Shown here: in pieces, positions 44,659 to 56,970 of the stretch | How positions within the stretch are numbered: the stretch's first letter is position 1 | Layout: the number at the start of each line of letters is the position of its first letter | Origin: Candidatus Ruminimicrobiellum ovillum | GTDB taxonomy: Bacteria; Elusimicrobiota; Endomicrobiia; Endomicrobiales; Endomicrobiaceae | Length of the DNA stretch: 64,000 nucleotides | Assembly (NCBI GenBank): GCA_002448285.1 | Contig: DJWX01000011.1 | Location: 185,907 to 249,906, forward strand | Direction: 5' to 3' | The notes under the pieces: generated by a model | What the model saw: the letters and a program-made list of their open reading frames with translations, nothing else | What the model was told of the DNA's origin: nothing | The model's database searches: none | Made by a program: the position numbers and the translations under genes

Positions 44659-45654
44659 ATGGCTCAAGTATCAATAATCATTCCGGTATATAATGTAGAA
44701 AAATATCTTAGACAATGTCTTGATAGTGTAATTAATCAAACATTTAAAGATATCGAAATAATACTGGTTAACGATTGTTCTCCGGACAATTCTTTGCAGA
44801 TTATTAAAGAATATCAACAAAGAGATTCCAGAATTATTTTATTAAATATGCCTGCAAATCAAGGAATAAGCAAAGCGAGAAACGAAGGAATGAGAATAGC
44901 AACAGGCAAGTATATTGTTTTTGCGGATTCCGACGATTGGGTAAGAGATGACTATATAGAAGTTTTATTTAACGGCATAGAAAAAAACGACTGTGATGTT
45001 TTTGCCGAAGGTTTTGTATCATATCATAATAAAACTTCAAAATATATTCCTCAAAGATATTCTTTCCTTACAACAAAATGTAAAAACAATAAAGCTTTAA
45101 TTCTTTTTCCAAGCATAAATTGCGGACCTTGGAGTAAAATATACAAAAAAGACTTCCTGACAAAAAACAACTTATTTTTTACTTTAAAAAGTTGTGAGGA
45201 TTGTTTATTTTTTTATAAGCTCATGCTTTTAAATCCTAAAATAATATTCAATGAAGAACCTATATATTTTTACAGAATCGGAAGAGATGAATCTTTAACG
45301 GCTTCTTTATATTTCAGGACTTATTACATAATTAAGTTGATAAAAGAAATTTATAAAACTTTAATAGAAAAAAATATTTATGAAGAATATTGTACGGTAT
45401 TTCTAATATATGCTTTTACATATGTTGCTTACTGCTTAACATTCAGTTCTTTACCGATGAAAAAGATGTCATATGCATTATTTTCCGTAAAAAAATTTTT
45501 ATTTTCAAAAAAGAATCACAATGTTAACATATTAAATAAATTCATAATATTAATTTTCAAATTTTTCTTAAATCATCCTCGGTTATATAAGGCAACCGCA
45601 TTTGTTTTAAAAGCAATCCGAAGATTTTTTGCAAAACTTTTGTATTCTTTTTAA
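44659..45654 (+). CDS. Family 2 glycosyltransferase
   Basis: VSIIIPVYNVEKYLRQCLDSVINQTFKDIEIILVNDCSPDNS...FADSDDW. Confidence 0.85.
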   Translation: MAQVSIIIPVYNVEKYLRQCLDSVINQTFKDIEIILVNDCSPDNSLQIIKEYQQRDSRIILLNMPANQGISKARNEGMRIATGKYIVFADSDDWVRDDYIEVLFNGIEKNDCDVFAEGFVSYHNKTSKYIPQRYSFLTTKCKNNKALILFPSINCGPWSKIYKKDFLTKNNLFFTLKSCEDCLFFYKLMLLNPKIIFNEEPIYFYRIGRDESLTASLYFRTYYIIKLIKEIYKTLIEKNIYEEYCTVFLIYAFTYVAYCLTFSSLPMKKMSYALFSVKKFLFSKKNHNVNILNKFIILIFKFFLNHPRLYKATAFVLKAIRRFFAKLLYSF

Positions 45655-45657
45655 ATT

Positions 45658-46374
45658 TTATCCTATAATTTTATTCTTTATTTTCGCTATTTTTTTCGTA
45701 ATCTTTTTTCCGAACACTTTTAATAAAAAGTTTTGTATTCTTACCTTAGGCGTATTCCAAGAACCGTAACAATGATGTATAGAATATGTATTTTCGGTTA
45801 TTTTTGTTTTTTGTGTTCTAAAACTCTTGGCATAAAAATATTCCGAAGGAAAAATTGATAATTCGTTTATTTGTTGAAAAGAATTATTGTTAATAAATCC
45901 ATACTTATTACAAAATTTTTGAAACCTGACATTAACAATAGTAATATCTTTTTTACCGTCTTGTTTTATAAAGTGTATGTTATTGTAAGAAGATAAAAAT
46001 TCTTTAAATATTTCCGTATTTTTTTTACATCCCAAAATACCGAAACCTATATCTTGTTCCGTCGCAAACCCGCAAAAAGCTTCATAATGTAAAAAAGAAT
46101 CTATAGGTTTTAGTATTTCATGATCTATATCCATATAGATTCCGCCGTACTCTATTAAAGCATATAATCTGGCAACATCGGACACAAAAGCATACTCTTT
46201 TGCTTTGTGAGCTTCTTTTGTATAATTACAACAATTAATATCAAAGTTGTTTTCGTTCCATTCTGTTATTTCGTAGTCGGGACAATACTTTTTCCAACTT
46301 GCAATACATTTTTTTGCAATATTCGGTAACGGTTTTTTGCCAAACCAACAATAATGAATTTTTTTAGGTATCAT
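45658..46374 (-). CDS. GT32-like glycosyltransferase (Gly_transf_sug/DXD)
   Basis: MIPKKIHYCWFGKKPLP N-terminus and GGIYMDIDHE (DxD). Confidence 0.75.
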   Translation of the reverse strand: MIPKKIHYCWFGKKPLPNIAKKCIASWKKYCPDYEITEWNENNFDINCCNYTKEAHKAKEYAFVSDVARLYALIEYGGIYMDIDHEILKPIDSFLHYEAFCGFATEQDIGFGILGCKKNTEIFKEFLSSYNNIHFIKQDGKKDITIVNVRFQKFCNKYGFINNNSFQQINELSIFPSEYFYAKSFRTQKTKITENTYSIHHCYGSWNTPKVRIQNFLLKVFGKKITKKIAKIKNKIIG

Positions 46375-46439
46375 ATTAATATTCCGTTTCTCGGAAGGAA
46401 AGAAATCTTTTTTTGTATTTTTGTCGTTTTATAACAAAA

Positions 46440-48194
46440 TCATTTAACCTTAACTATTGTTCCTTTATCTATTTTATAAATTTCATCACATTTTTCTATG
46501 GTTGTAAGTCTATGTGCTATTACCAACATAGTAATTTTTCCGTACAGATGCTCTATAGCCTGCATAACGGCTTTTTCCGTATCGTTATCCAAAGCGGAAG
46601 TAGCTTCGTCTAAAACCAAAAGTTCCGGTTTTTTATATAAAGCTCTTGCTATACCTATTCTTTGTCTTTGTCCGCCGGACAACCTTATACCTCTTTCTCC
46701 CACCACAGTATCAAGGCCTTTAGGTAAAGAATCTATAAAATCTCTTAATTGTGCTTGTTCTATAACCGTATTTAATTGCTCTTCATTGACATTTTCATCG
46801 TCATAAAACAATATATTGTTTTTTATTGTATCATCCGTAAGATATATAAATTGCGGCACATACCCTATCTTAGAAAACCAACTTTTTTTATTTCTATGAA
46901 TGTTTTTATTATCTATCAGTATAGAACCTTCGGTAGGTTCCAACAAACCTAAAATAACATCCACGATTGTTGTTTTACCTGCTCCCGTAGGACCTTCAAA
47001 ACCGATAGATTTACCTTTTTTTATAACGAAAGAAATATCTTTAAAAATATATTTTTCCGTATTCGGATATTTATAAGAAATACCGTTAATATAAATATCT
47101 TTTTCCATGTTTAAATCTTTATTTTCATCTTCTTTCAAATATCCCGTAACTCTTGTATTCTTCAAATCTCTATAAACTACATTTATTGACGGCATAAAAT
47201 ACATTATGGCATTCAATGCAACTTGCATTCTGTTCATTGAAGGCATCAACCTGAATGCTGCCATAGCAAAAACCGCCATTTGAATTATTATCGTCGAAGC
47301 GTCAATTCCTCCGTATAACAAATATATTATAACCGAAAGAATTACGGAAACAACAAAAGATTCTATCAATAATCTTGGAAATTGTTCCAAAAAACGATAA
47401 TGTTTTTGTGCGGAACAATACTTTATTGAACTATCATAATATTTATCTACAAAAAATTGTTCTTTTTGCAAAATTTTTATATCTTTAATTGCACCCAAAG
47501 ATTGTTGTATCCATTTTATCATTCCGCCATGATATTTCTGATTGTTTTTGGCAAAAACTTTTAATCTCGGTTTTAAAACAACAAATATACAGAAAAACAG
47601 AAAGACAAATAAAATAACCAAAACTATCGTAACAATTTTATTAATATAGAAAAGAAAACTTGTAACCAACAACAAAACAATAAATTCCGACAATAAAAAG
47701 AATACATTTGCCAAAAAATCCGAACAACGGGTCGTATCGTTTGTAACAATTCTGACCATCTCGGAAGTATTTATATTTAAATGATAAGAATAAGGCTGAT
47801 TTATATAAAATTTTATCAATTGTAAAGAAATATCTTTTTGGGCATTGTATAGTATTTTGTATTGAAAATAATAGACAATCAACATATATAAATTTTTTAA
47901 TATATATACCAAAATTAAAACAAATGCCAAAAAAATTAAAAAATTTGTAGTGTCGCTTATATGAAACAAATTGTAAACAAAAGATAAATATTTATTTGTG
48001 ACTATTATTTCGGGATTAATAACAACATTTATAAACGGTAAAATTAAAGATATTCCTATAAGTTCTAAAAATCCGGAAATAACTATCAAAACAAATAAAA
48101 AAGCAAAATTTATCTGCTGTTTCTTATTATAAATTGTTTTTAATTTTATCAGTATTTCTTTTATTTCTTTCATAACACCTTTATTTTCTGCCAC
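46440..48194 (-). CDS. ABC exporter, fused permease-ATPase (MsbA-like)
   Basis: Six N-terminal TM segments, Walker A GPTGAGKTT, signature LSGGQRQRIGIARAL, and Walker B LLVLDEATSALD. Confidence 0.88.
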   Translation of the reverse strand: MAENKGVMKEIKEILIKLKTIYNKKQQINFAFLFVLIVISGFLELIGISLILPFINVVINPEIIVTNKYLSFVYNLFHISDTTNFLIFLAFVLILVYILKNLYMLIVYYFQYKILYNAQKDISLQLIKFYINQPYSYHLNINTSEMVRIVTNDTTRCSDFLANVFFLLSEFIVLLLVTSFLFYINKIVTIVLVILFVFLFFCIFVVLKPRLKVFAKNNQKYHGGMIKWIQQSLGAIKDIKILQKEQFFVDKYYDSSIKYCSAQKHYRFLEQFPRLLIESFVVSVILSVIIYLLYGGIDASTIIIQMAVFAMAAFRLMPSMNRMQVALNAIMYFMPSINVVYRDLKNTRVTGYLKEDENKDLNMEKDIYINGISYKYPNTEKYIFKDISFVIKKGKSIGFEGPTGAGKTTIVDVILGLLEPTEGSILIDNKNIHRNKKSWFSKIGYVPQFIYLTDDTIKNNILFYDDENVNEEQLNTVIEQAQLRDFIDSLPKGLDTVVGERGIRLSGGQRQRIGIARALYKKPELLVLDEATSALDNDTEKAVMQAIEHLYGKITMLVIAHRLTTIEKCDEIYKIDKGTIVKVK

Positions 48195-48756
48195 GTTTTT
48201 TTAAGGGAATCCAATAATACAATCCCGACATTGAATTTTTTGGAACAAAATTTCCATCGTCGTCTAAAGACAAATTTATTTTATCTGCCGGCAGGAAATT
48301 TATAATTTCTTGATTATATTGTTTAGGTAATTCTATACTTCGCGATAATTCACAATTTTCATCAATTGCTTCCGCAGCTAACAGTTTTTGAACAAAGTTC
48401 CTTGCCTGTTCTAAAGCATCCGCTGAAATTGCAGATACTATTTGAATACCGTATTCGCCAAAAAGTTCTTTATTTTTATTATATTCTTCCTCTAAAACAT
48501 TTCCTATAGTCAAAATATACGGGCTTACGGCTATCCATTTTTCGGGAGCTTGAAACTCAACGGGAAAAATCATTGCCTCTTTTGAAAAAGTATCATAAAC
48601 TACTGCCGGTTTTATGACTTTTTCACAAACAAAACAAGACTTTTGAACAGCTTCTTCAACTTCTATCGGCAAATCTTCCGTATTAAGAAGTTTTCTTATA
48701 ATTCTTGATATTTCCCTTGTTCGTATACTGATTTTAAAATTCTTTATCTTTCTCAT
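48181..48756 (-). CDS. Hypothetical protein, weakly resembling the MetH activation-domain (PF02965-like) family
   Basis: No strong motif. The patterns VIKPAVVYDTF...ILTIGNVLEE...VPKNSMSGLYYW resemble that family. The gene overlaps the ABC gene start by 14 nt. Confidence 0.3.
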   Translation of the reverse strand: MRKIKNFKISIRTREISRIIRKLLNTEDLPIEVEEAVQKSCFVCEKVIKPAVVYDTFSKEAMIFPVEFQAPEKWIAVSPYILTIGNVLEEEYNKNKELFGEYGIQIVSAISADALEQARNFVQKLLAAEAIDENCELSRSIELPKQYNQEIINFLPADKINLSLDDDGNFVPKNSMSGLYYWIPLKKRGRK

Positions 48757-48874
48757 GATGAAAAACCTTATTATAATTCCATAAAAATTTTAGCTGAGAA
48801 ATTTTCGGTATTATATTGAATATTTTTAACCTAAAACCCCTCAGCTAATATTATTTTAAACTATACATCAAAAC

Positions 48875-49792
48875 TTATTTCTTCCCCATATTCTTTTTAA
48901 ATCTGTCTCTCTTTCTTTTTTCCCATTCATAAGTTAAAGGACCGCATACAAACACACTGGAGAAAAATCCTATTATGTTTCCTATAAATAATGCTAAACC
49001 GAAATCACTTATAACTTCTCCGCCCATAAACAATATAATTATGGATACAAATGCAACAGTTAACGATGTAATAACACTTCTGCCTAAAACACCGTTGATA
49101 CTTATATTTATTGTTGTTGCAAAAGTTTCTTTTGCTATGAGTCTTAAATTTTCTCTGATTCTGTCAAACACAACGATTGTATTGTTTATAGAGTAACCGA
49201 CGATAGTCAAAAGTGCGGCAACTAATGTTAAATCTATTTGTTTATCCATAGCTACCATTAAACCGAATGTGATAAATGTATCGTGAATCAAAGCAAGAAC
49301 TCCGACAACCCCCCACAATGCGGATTTAAATCTGAAAGCAACATAAACGATAATACCTATAAATACAAAGCTGAAAGCGTACATTGCCTGTTTTGTTAAA
49401 TGTTTACCTACAGCCGGGCCTACATATTCAACTCTGTCTGTTGTTATTTGAGAATCCGAATATTTGGATTGCAATACGGATAATATGTTTTTTGCCATTT
49501 CATCTTGAGATTGATTTGTTTTTTTAACCCTTATTATTACTCCGTTTTTACCTGTTGATTGCAACTCAAAGTTTAACCCTTCCTGTGAAGCCAAACCTTG
49601 TCTTATAACATCCATTTGAATTTCTTTATCAAATGAAAATTGCATCAAAATACCGCCACTGAAATCTATACCATAGTTAGGTCCTTTAATTGCTACGGCA
49701 CAAATACCAACAAGTATTAATATTATCGATATCGTAAATGCTACATATCTTTTACCTATAAAATCTATCTTAGGTGTCTTAAAAAATTGCAC
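48875..49792 (-). CDS. secF: Protein translocase subunit SecF
   Basis: GIDFSGG, YSINNTIVVFDRIREN, and six TM segments. Confidence 0.92.
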   Translation of the reverse strand: MQFFKTPKIDFIGKRYVAFTISIILILVGICAVAIKGPNYGIDFSGGILMQFSFDKEIQMDVIRQGLASQEGLNFELQSTGKNGVIIRVKKTNQSQDEMAKNILSVLQSKYSDSQITTDRVEYVGPAVGKHLTKQAMYAFSFVFIGIIVYVAFRFKSALWGVVGVLALIHDTFITFGLMVAMDKQIDLTLVAALLTIVGYSINNTIVVFDRIRENLRLIAKETFATTINISINGVLGRSVITSLTVAFVSIIILFMGGEVISDFGLALFIGNIIGFFSSVFVCGPLTYEWEKRKRDRFKKNMGKK

Positions 49793-49808
49793 GGTATGCC
49801 TCCAATTA

Positions 49809-51233
49809 TTATAATTTTATTTTATTTATAAAACTTTCTTTAAACAAGAAATCATATATCAATTTTGTAACAACAATAGCCGTAAACATACTGATGCACA
49901 AACCTATCGTTAATGTAACGGCAAAACCTTTTATAGGTCCCGTTCCGAATTGGAACAAGAATACTGCAGCTATTAATGTAGTTACGTTTGAATCGAATAT
50001 CGTAACAAAAGCTTTATCGTATCCGGCATCAACCGCAACTCGTGCCGTTTTACCGATATTCAACTCTTCTCTTATTCTTTCCAATATAAGAACATTAGCA
50101 TCAACCGCCATAGCAAGTGTCAAAGCAATACCTGCAATACCCGGCAATGTTAATGTGAATTGGAAATAAGACATTATTCCCATAAGAATAAAGAAATTTA
50201 ATAATAAAGCTATATCTGCAATTAAGCCTGAAAAACCGTAATATATAAGCATAAATAAAAGAACAATTCCAACACCAATCAAAGCAGATGAAAAACCTTT
50301 CTTAATAGAATCATCTCCAAGGCTTGGCCCAACAGTTCTTTCTTCTATTATTTTAACGGGAGCAGGTAAAGCACCGGCTCTTAAAACGGTAGCCAATAAT
50401 TTTGCATCATCGGCATTGAAGTTTCCTTCAATTATAGCTCTTCCGTCCGGAATTCTTGACCTTATAACAGGAGCGGACTGAACTATACCGTCAAGCACGA
50501 TAGCTAAATTTCTGTCTATATTTGCACCGGTAACATCTGCAAATATTTTTCCGCCGTCTTTGTTAAACTCTAATGATACGTGAGGATAACCGAATCCGCC
50601 CGTAGCAAGTTCAACTTTTGCATTAACCAAATATGCACCGGTAAGAGATGCTTCTTTCAATAAATACACTCTGCTGTCTTCTTTGCTGTCTGCAATGAAG
50701 TATCCTTCCGGAATTAAAGCTTTTATTTCTTCATCGTTTAAAGCTTCTTCAGCTTTAGACAAATCTTTTTCTCTCATTTTATCTTGAATTTTATTTAATG
50801 CATCGTTATCGGTACTAACCAAACAAAATTCCAACAATGCCGTTTTACCGATAAGTTCTTTTGCTCTTGCCGGATCTTTTATACCCGGAAGCTGAACTAC
50901 TATCCATCTGTCACCTTGTTTTGCAATTAAAGGTTCCGCAACACCGAACTGGTCTATTCTGTTTCTTATAACTTCCACTGCTCTGTCAACCGCATCTTTT
51001 ACACTGACCGTTTCATCCAACTTAGAAGCATCCACTTCCAATAAAAGATGTGTACCGCCTCTCAAATCAAGACCTAAATTTAATGTCTTGCCGATAATAG
51101 GATCTTTTGATTTTTCTGCTTGTGCTTTTTCATCGTCACTCATTCTGTACCATTCAAAGGTAGGAAATAAAAAATACCCTGAAAGAATGATTAACAACGC
51201 TGTAACTACTGTTCTGAAACCAAGTTTGTTCAT
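49809..51233 (-). CDS. secD: Protein translocase subunit SecD
   Basis: LGLDLRGGTHLLLEVD, GPSLG, AVDANVLILERIREE. Confidence 0.92.
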   Translation of the reverse strand: MNKLGFRTVVTALLIILSGYFLFPTFEWYRMSDDEKAQAEKSKDPIIGKTLNLGLDLRGGTHLLLEVDASKLDETVSVKDAVDRAVEVIRNRIDQFGVAEPLIAKQGDRWIVVQLPGIKDPARAKELIGKTALLEFCLVSTDNDALNKIQDKMREKDLSKAEEALNDEEIKALIPEGYFIADSKEDSRVYLLKEASLTGAYLVNAKVELATGGFGYPHVSLEFNKDGGKIFADVTGANIDRNLAIVLDGIVQSAPVIRSRIPDGRAIIEGNFNADDAKLLATVLRAGALPAPVKIIEERTVGPSLGDDSIKKGFSSALIGVGIVLLFMLIYYGFSGLIADIALLLNFFILMGIMSYFQFTLTLPGIAGIALTLAMAVDANVLILERIREELNIGKTARVAVDAGYDKAFVTIFDSNVTTLIAAVFLFQFGTGPIKGFAVTLTIGLCISMFTAIVVTKLIYDFLFKESFINKIKL

Positions 51234-51919
51234 TAAAGTAATTTCCTCTCATTTATTATTAATTCAAACTTACAATCCAAAAATTTTGCAGCTCTTCTAC
51301 ACATATCCATTCTGGACATAAATATTTCAAAGTACTCAATAACCTGAGCAACTTTTGTATCTATATTCAAATTTAAAGATATTATTTTTTTTTCTTTATT
51401 TACTTTTAAAAAAGATCTGTCAACGGCAAAATTTACTCTGTCGTGTATATCAGCCGCAATAATATTTTTGTTTCTTACTCTTGTTTTGTGAACATCCGAT
51501 TTATCCGCAATTATAAGTGCCGCCGCTACCGGATTTACGGGATCTCCGATTTCTTCTTCATGATTCCCGACAGCCGAAACTATCAAAGAAACTTCATCCG
51601 GAGTACATCCCATTTGTTTTAATATATGCATTGCCATTAATGCGGCAGACTGACCATGATCTTGTCTGTTAATAACATTACCTATATCATGAACATATCC
51701 TGCAATTGCGGCAAGTTCCTGTAATCTTTTCGGATAATCCAACGACGCCAAAATACTTTCCGCAACCGAAGATACCAAACTTACATGCCTGTAACCATGC
51801 TCGGTATAGCCAATTGCTCCCAAATAATCATTTGCTGCTTGAATAAAACTGTTTACGGTTTCATTAGCCTTAACATCTTCAAGCATTACATTTGAAAATT
51901 TAAGTTCTGTCGTATTCAT
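51233..51919 (-). CDS. HD-domain metal-dependent phosphohydrolase (paralog A)
   Basis: H...HDIGN...H...D pattern (GYRHVS, AGYVHDIGN, GNHEEE, IADKSD). Alignable along its full length with the 53468-54142 product. Confidence 0.7.
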   Translation of the reverse strand: MNTTELKFSNVMLEDVKANETVNSFIQAANDYLGAIGYTEHGYRHVSLVSSVAESILASLDYPKRLQELAAIAGYVHDIGNVINRQDHGQSAALMAMHILKQMGCTPDEVSLIVSAVGNHEEEIGDPVNPVAAALIIADKSDVHKTRVRNKNIIAADIHDRVNFAVDRSFLKVNKEKKIISLNLNIDTKVAQVIEYFEIFMSRMDMCRRAAKFLDCKFELIINERKLL

Positions 51920-52306
51920 TTACTTTTTAACAACTTCCGGTGTAACCGGTTTATTATTATCTAAAACACTTACTATTGCAGATTTAGCAATTTTTACTCT
52001 AACGCCATGAGAAATTTCAGCTTCAACATCTTGTTCTTTTACAGCAATAACTCTTGCATATATTCCGCCGGAAGTAAGTATTGTATCGTCTTTTTTTATT
52101 GCATTTATTTGTCTTTCAAGTTCTTTTCTTTGTTTTTGTTGAGGTCTTATTAAAAACAAATAGAAAAAAACAAAAATTATTAATAACGGCATCAAACCGC
52201 CGAAAGCACCGCCGGGTGTTGCCGCAGGTGCCGCTGCCGCACCATCAGCATAAATATTTTGAGATAAAAATAAAACAGATAACAACAAAAATTTAATTTT
52301 TGACAT
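51920..52306 (-). CDS. yajC: Preprotein translocase subunit YajC
   Basis: LIIFVFFYLFLIRPQQKQRKE...GGIYARVIAV core with a signal-like N-terminal extension. Confidence 0.85.
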   Translation of the reverse strand: MSKIKFLLLSVLFLSQNIYADGAAAAPAATPGGAFGGLMPLLIIFVFFYLFLIRPQQKQRKELERQINAIKKDDTILTSGGIYARVIAVKEQDVEAEISHGVRVKIAKSAIVSVLDNNKPVTPEVVKK

Positions 52307-52325
52307 CTTAATATACTCCGTATTT

Positions 52326-54142
<1,817 letters not shown>

Positions 54143-54160
54143 TTTTATATTATAGCAAAT

Positions 54161-55180
54161 TTATTTTGCATAAATAACAGTATCCGTAAAACCTAAAGTA
54201 TAATTAGCAAAATAAAATTTATACCCTAAATTTAATTCATTTAAAAATTTCGGTATTTCGTAATAATCTTCGTATTTATGGTATGCCGCTATTGCAAGTT
54301 TCGGTTTATACTTTTTTAATGTATTTACCGCACCTTGCAAGGCTTTCAGTTCACAACCTTCTATATCCATTTTAATAAAATCTGTTTTTTCTATCTTTTT
54401 ACCTTCAACAAAATCATCAATACATATTGTTTTATATTGTTGCAAATTATTTTTGTTTTCCGTTAATGTTGTAATATCGGCACAAGCATGATTTAAATAT
54501 AAAATTTTGTTTGATTTGTTATATACAGGTTGTTCGGTTAAAATAATGTTGTCGGCAAGTTTTTTATTATGAGAAAAATTTTCTTTAAGTATATTCAAAT
54601 TATCATCAAAAAATTCAAATGTAAAAATTTTCCCCTCATTACCGGCAATCGACGAAAATATTAATGAAGTATCCCCCCAACAAGCGCCGGCATCTATAAC
54701 AAAATCTCCATTTTCAACTTTACAATCTTTATAAGAATATTGTTTATGGATTATAAGTTTATCGAGCAAAGCTCTTGCCCCGTAAACTTTTATATCGTAT
54801 CCGAGTTTTGACAAATTATAAAATTTTAATTTTCTTGTAACGGATTGTAATTGTCTGATAGAATTATCTGCCAATAAACTATCAAAAATATCTCGTGAAT
54901 GAATATATTTTTCTTTTTCTTGTTCGGTTACATATACGGGTCCCAAAAGTTTTGAAACTATCATCTTTAAGTATAATTGTTTTTCTGTTTCATCTTCCAA
55001 CAAGTTATAAAAATATTCCAAACTGTTGTAATTATTTTTGAACCACCCGTAATAATCTATACATTTTTCTTTTACAAATTCGTCGGTTATTTTCTTTTGA
55101 AAATTTTGTATATCTTCAAAAGAAAAAACTTGTTGTTTGTTTAGTTCAATAAAAAGTTTATCGGCAAAATTTTTATTCAT
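54161..55180 (-). CDS. FkbM-family SAM-dependent methyltransferase
   Basis: VIDAGACWGDTSLIF...DFIKMDIEGCELKALQGA. Confidence 0.8.
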   Translation of the reverse strand: MNKNFADKLFIELNKQQVFSFEDIQNFQKKITDEFVKEKCIDYYGWFKNNYNSLEYFYNLLEDETEKQLYLKMIVSKLLGPVYVTEQEKEKYIHSRDIFDSLLADNSIRQLQSVTRKLKFYNLSKLGYDIKVYGARALLDKLIIHKQYSYKDCKVENGDFVIDAGACWGDTSLIFSSIAGNEGKIFTFEFFDDNLNILKENFSHNKKLADNIILTEQPVYNKSNKILYLNHACADITTLTENKNNLQQYKTICIDDFVEGKKIEKTDFIKMDIEGCELKALQGAVNTLKKYKPKLAIAAYHKYEDYYEIPKFLNELNLGYKFYFANYTLGFTDTVIYAK

Positions 55181-55182
55181 TG

Positions 55183-56970
55183 TTATATTTTATGATTTAT
55201 AATATTTTCTTCAAATTCTTTTCTGTCCAAGAAAGGAAACATATCTTCAAGTGTGGGTGATACCATTGTTCCGTCGGGAAGTTTTTTTGATGAAAGTTTC
55301 GGTAAGAAAGAATACTCTTTTTCTACCATAACCTCACATAAAACAGGACCATTAAATTTTAAAACTTCTTTTATTTCTTTTTCCATTGTTTTGGGATTTT
55401 TTATTCTTTTTGTTTTTAGTCCGAAGGCTTTCCCTATTTTTGTAAAATCGGGAACACTTACTCCGCTATCTGTACCGGAACCTGTCATTTTACCGTTAAA
55501 AAAGTTTCTCTGAGTTTGTCTTATTGAAGAATATCCGCTGTTATTTATAACAAATATTTTTATCGGTAACTTATTATATTTTATGGTTTCAAGTTCCTGT
55601 ATATTCATCATTATCGAACCGTCACCTTCCAAACAAATAACATTTCGTCCTTTTGAAGATAAACTTGCGCCTATACTTGCAGGTAATGCATAACCCATGG
55701 ATGCATTTCCTCCATTCAAGATAAATCTCTGATTTTTTTTAATTACTGCCGTTTGAAAACCGCATACGCAAGCAGAACCGTTTGCCATAACAAAAATATC
55801 TCTTTCTTTTAAACATTTTGTTAATGTATAAACAAAACGGTAAGGTTCTATTATATTCGGTTTTTGCTTCTGTTCTTTATAATTTTCAAAGCAATATTTG
55901 TTTTTTAAGTTTTTGCAAAAACTTAACCACTTCAAATACTTTGAAGAATTAATATTTTTTGTTTTTGCCAAAAGCTGCGGCATAAAAAATTTTAAGTCGG
56001 TATTTATTGCTAAATTCGGTTTTACAAAAGGCTTTCTTAATTCGTCTTTATCAATATCAACAACTATTTTAAAAGCATTTTTAGCAAAATTTTCCCAATT
56101 GTAACTTACTTGTCTGATATTATTTCTTGTCCCTAAAAATAAAATCGTATCGGCATTTTGTAATGCAAAATTTCCGGCTCTTTGCCCCACAGTACCTATT
56201 CTCCCGATATAATATTTATTTTTTGTTTCCAACAAATCAAAGCCGTTAAATGTTGTAACAACGGGAATTTTTAATTTTTCAATTAACTTATAAAATTCTT
56301 TTTGTGTATCCGACAATCTTATACCGTGACCTGCGACAATAAGAGGTCTTTCGGATTTTTTTATTTTTTCAATTATTTTATCTATATTTATTTTTTCGTT
56401 TTTTATTTTAGGTTCTTTAAATTCTTTTAAAATTTTTTCATCTATCATAGCAGATTGGACATTCATAGGGATATCAAGCCACACAGGTCCGAATCTTCCG
56501 TGAGTCGCTTCGTAAATTGCTTTATCCAAATGGTATTTTATTTCGTCGGGATTGGTAACCATAACGGCATATTTTGTTAACGGTTTAACAACACTTATAA
56601 TATCAACTTCCTGGTCGCCGAGCTGTCTTAATTTTATATTAGGGCAACTTGCCGTCGTTGTTGAATATTTAACTTGCCCGGAAACATATAAAACGGGAAC
56701 AGAGTCTGTCCATTGTCCGAATACTCCGTTCAAACAATTAAGTCCCCCAGGACCTGTTGTAACATTTACAACCGCAAGTTCTCTGTTTACTCTTGCATAC
56801 CCTTCCGCAGAAATCGCACATGCCTGTTCGTGGTGATTACAAACATAATGAATATATTTACCGAAACTGTTATTTAAGTGCATGGCACCGCCGCCGGAAA
56901 CCATAAAAACAGTTTTTACTTTATAAACTTCTTTTAATCGTTTAGCTACATAATCGGACAATTTAATCAT
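55183..56970 (-). CDS. Thiamine-diphosphate enzyme of the acetolactate synthase family (YerE-like candidate)
   Basis: It has the three-domain ALS architecture. The C-terminal ThDP motif is LEGDGSIMMNIQELETI...VINNSGY. Confidence 0.8.
   Translation of the reverse strand: MIKLSDYVAKRLKEVYKVKTVFMVSGGGAMHLNNSFGKYIHYVCNHHEQACAISAEGYARVNRELAVVNVTTGPGGLNCLNGVFGQWTDSVPVLYVSGQVKYSTTTASCPNIKLRQLGDQEVDIISVVKPLTKYAVMVTNPDEIKYHLDKAIYEATHGRFGPVWLDIPMNVQSAMIDEKILKEFKEPKIKNEKINIDKIIEKIKKSERPLIVAGHGIRLSDTQKEFYKLIEKLKIPVVTTFNGFDLLETKNKYYIGRIGTVGQRAGNFALQNADTILFLGTRNNIRQVSYNWENFAKNAFKIVVDIDKDELRKPFVKPNLAINTDLKFFMPQLLAKTKNINSSKYLKWLSFCKNLKNKYCFENYKEQKQKPNIIEPYRFVYTLTKCLKERDIFVMANGSACVCGFQTAVIKKNQRFILNGGNASMGYALPASIGASLSSKGRNVICLEGDGSIMMNIQELETIKYNKLPIKIFVINNSGYSSIRQTQRNFFNGKMTGSGTDSGVSVPDFTKIGKAFGLKTKRIKNPKTMEKEIKEVLKFNGPVLCEVMVEKEYSFLPKLSSKKLPDGTMVSPTLEDMFPFLDRKEFEENIINHKI

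Noticed and set aside
45652-45660. I looked for a bidirectional terminator between the convergent GT2 (+) and GT32 (-) genes.
   Set aside because: The two stop codons are only 3 bp apart and no stem-loop can be drawn. Termination signals, if there are any, must lie inside the opposing coding regions.
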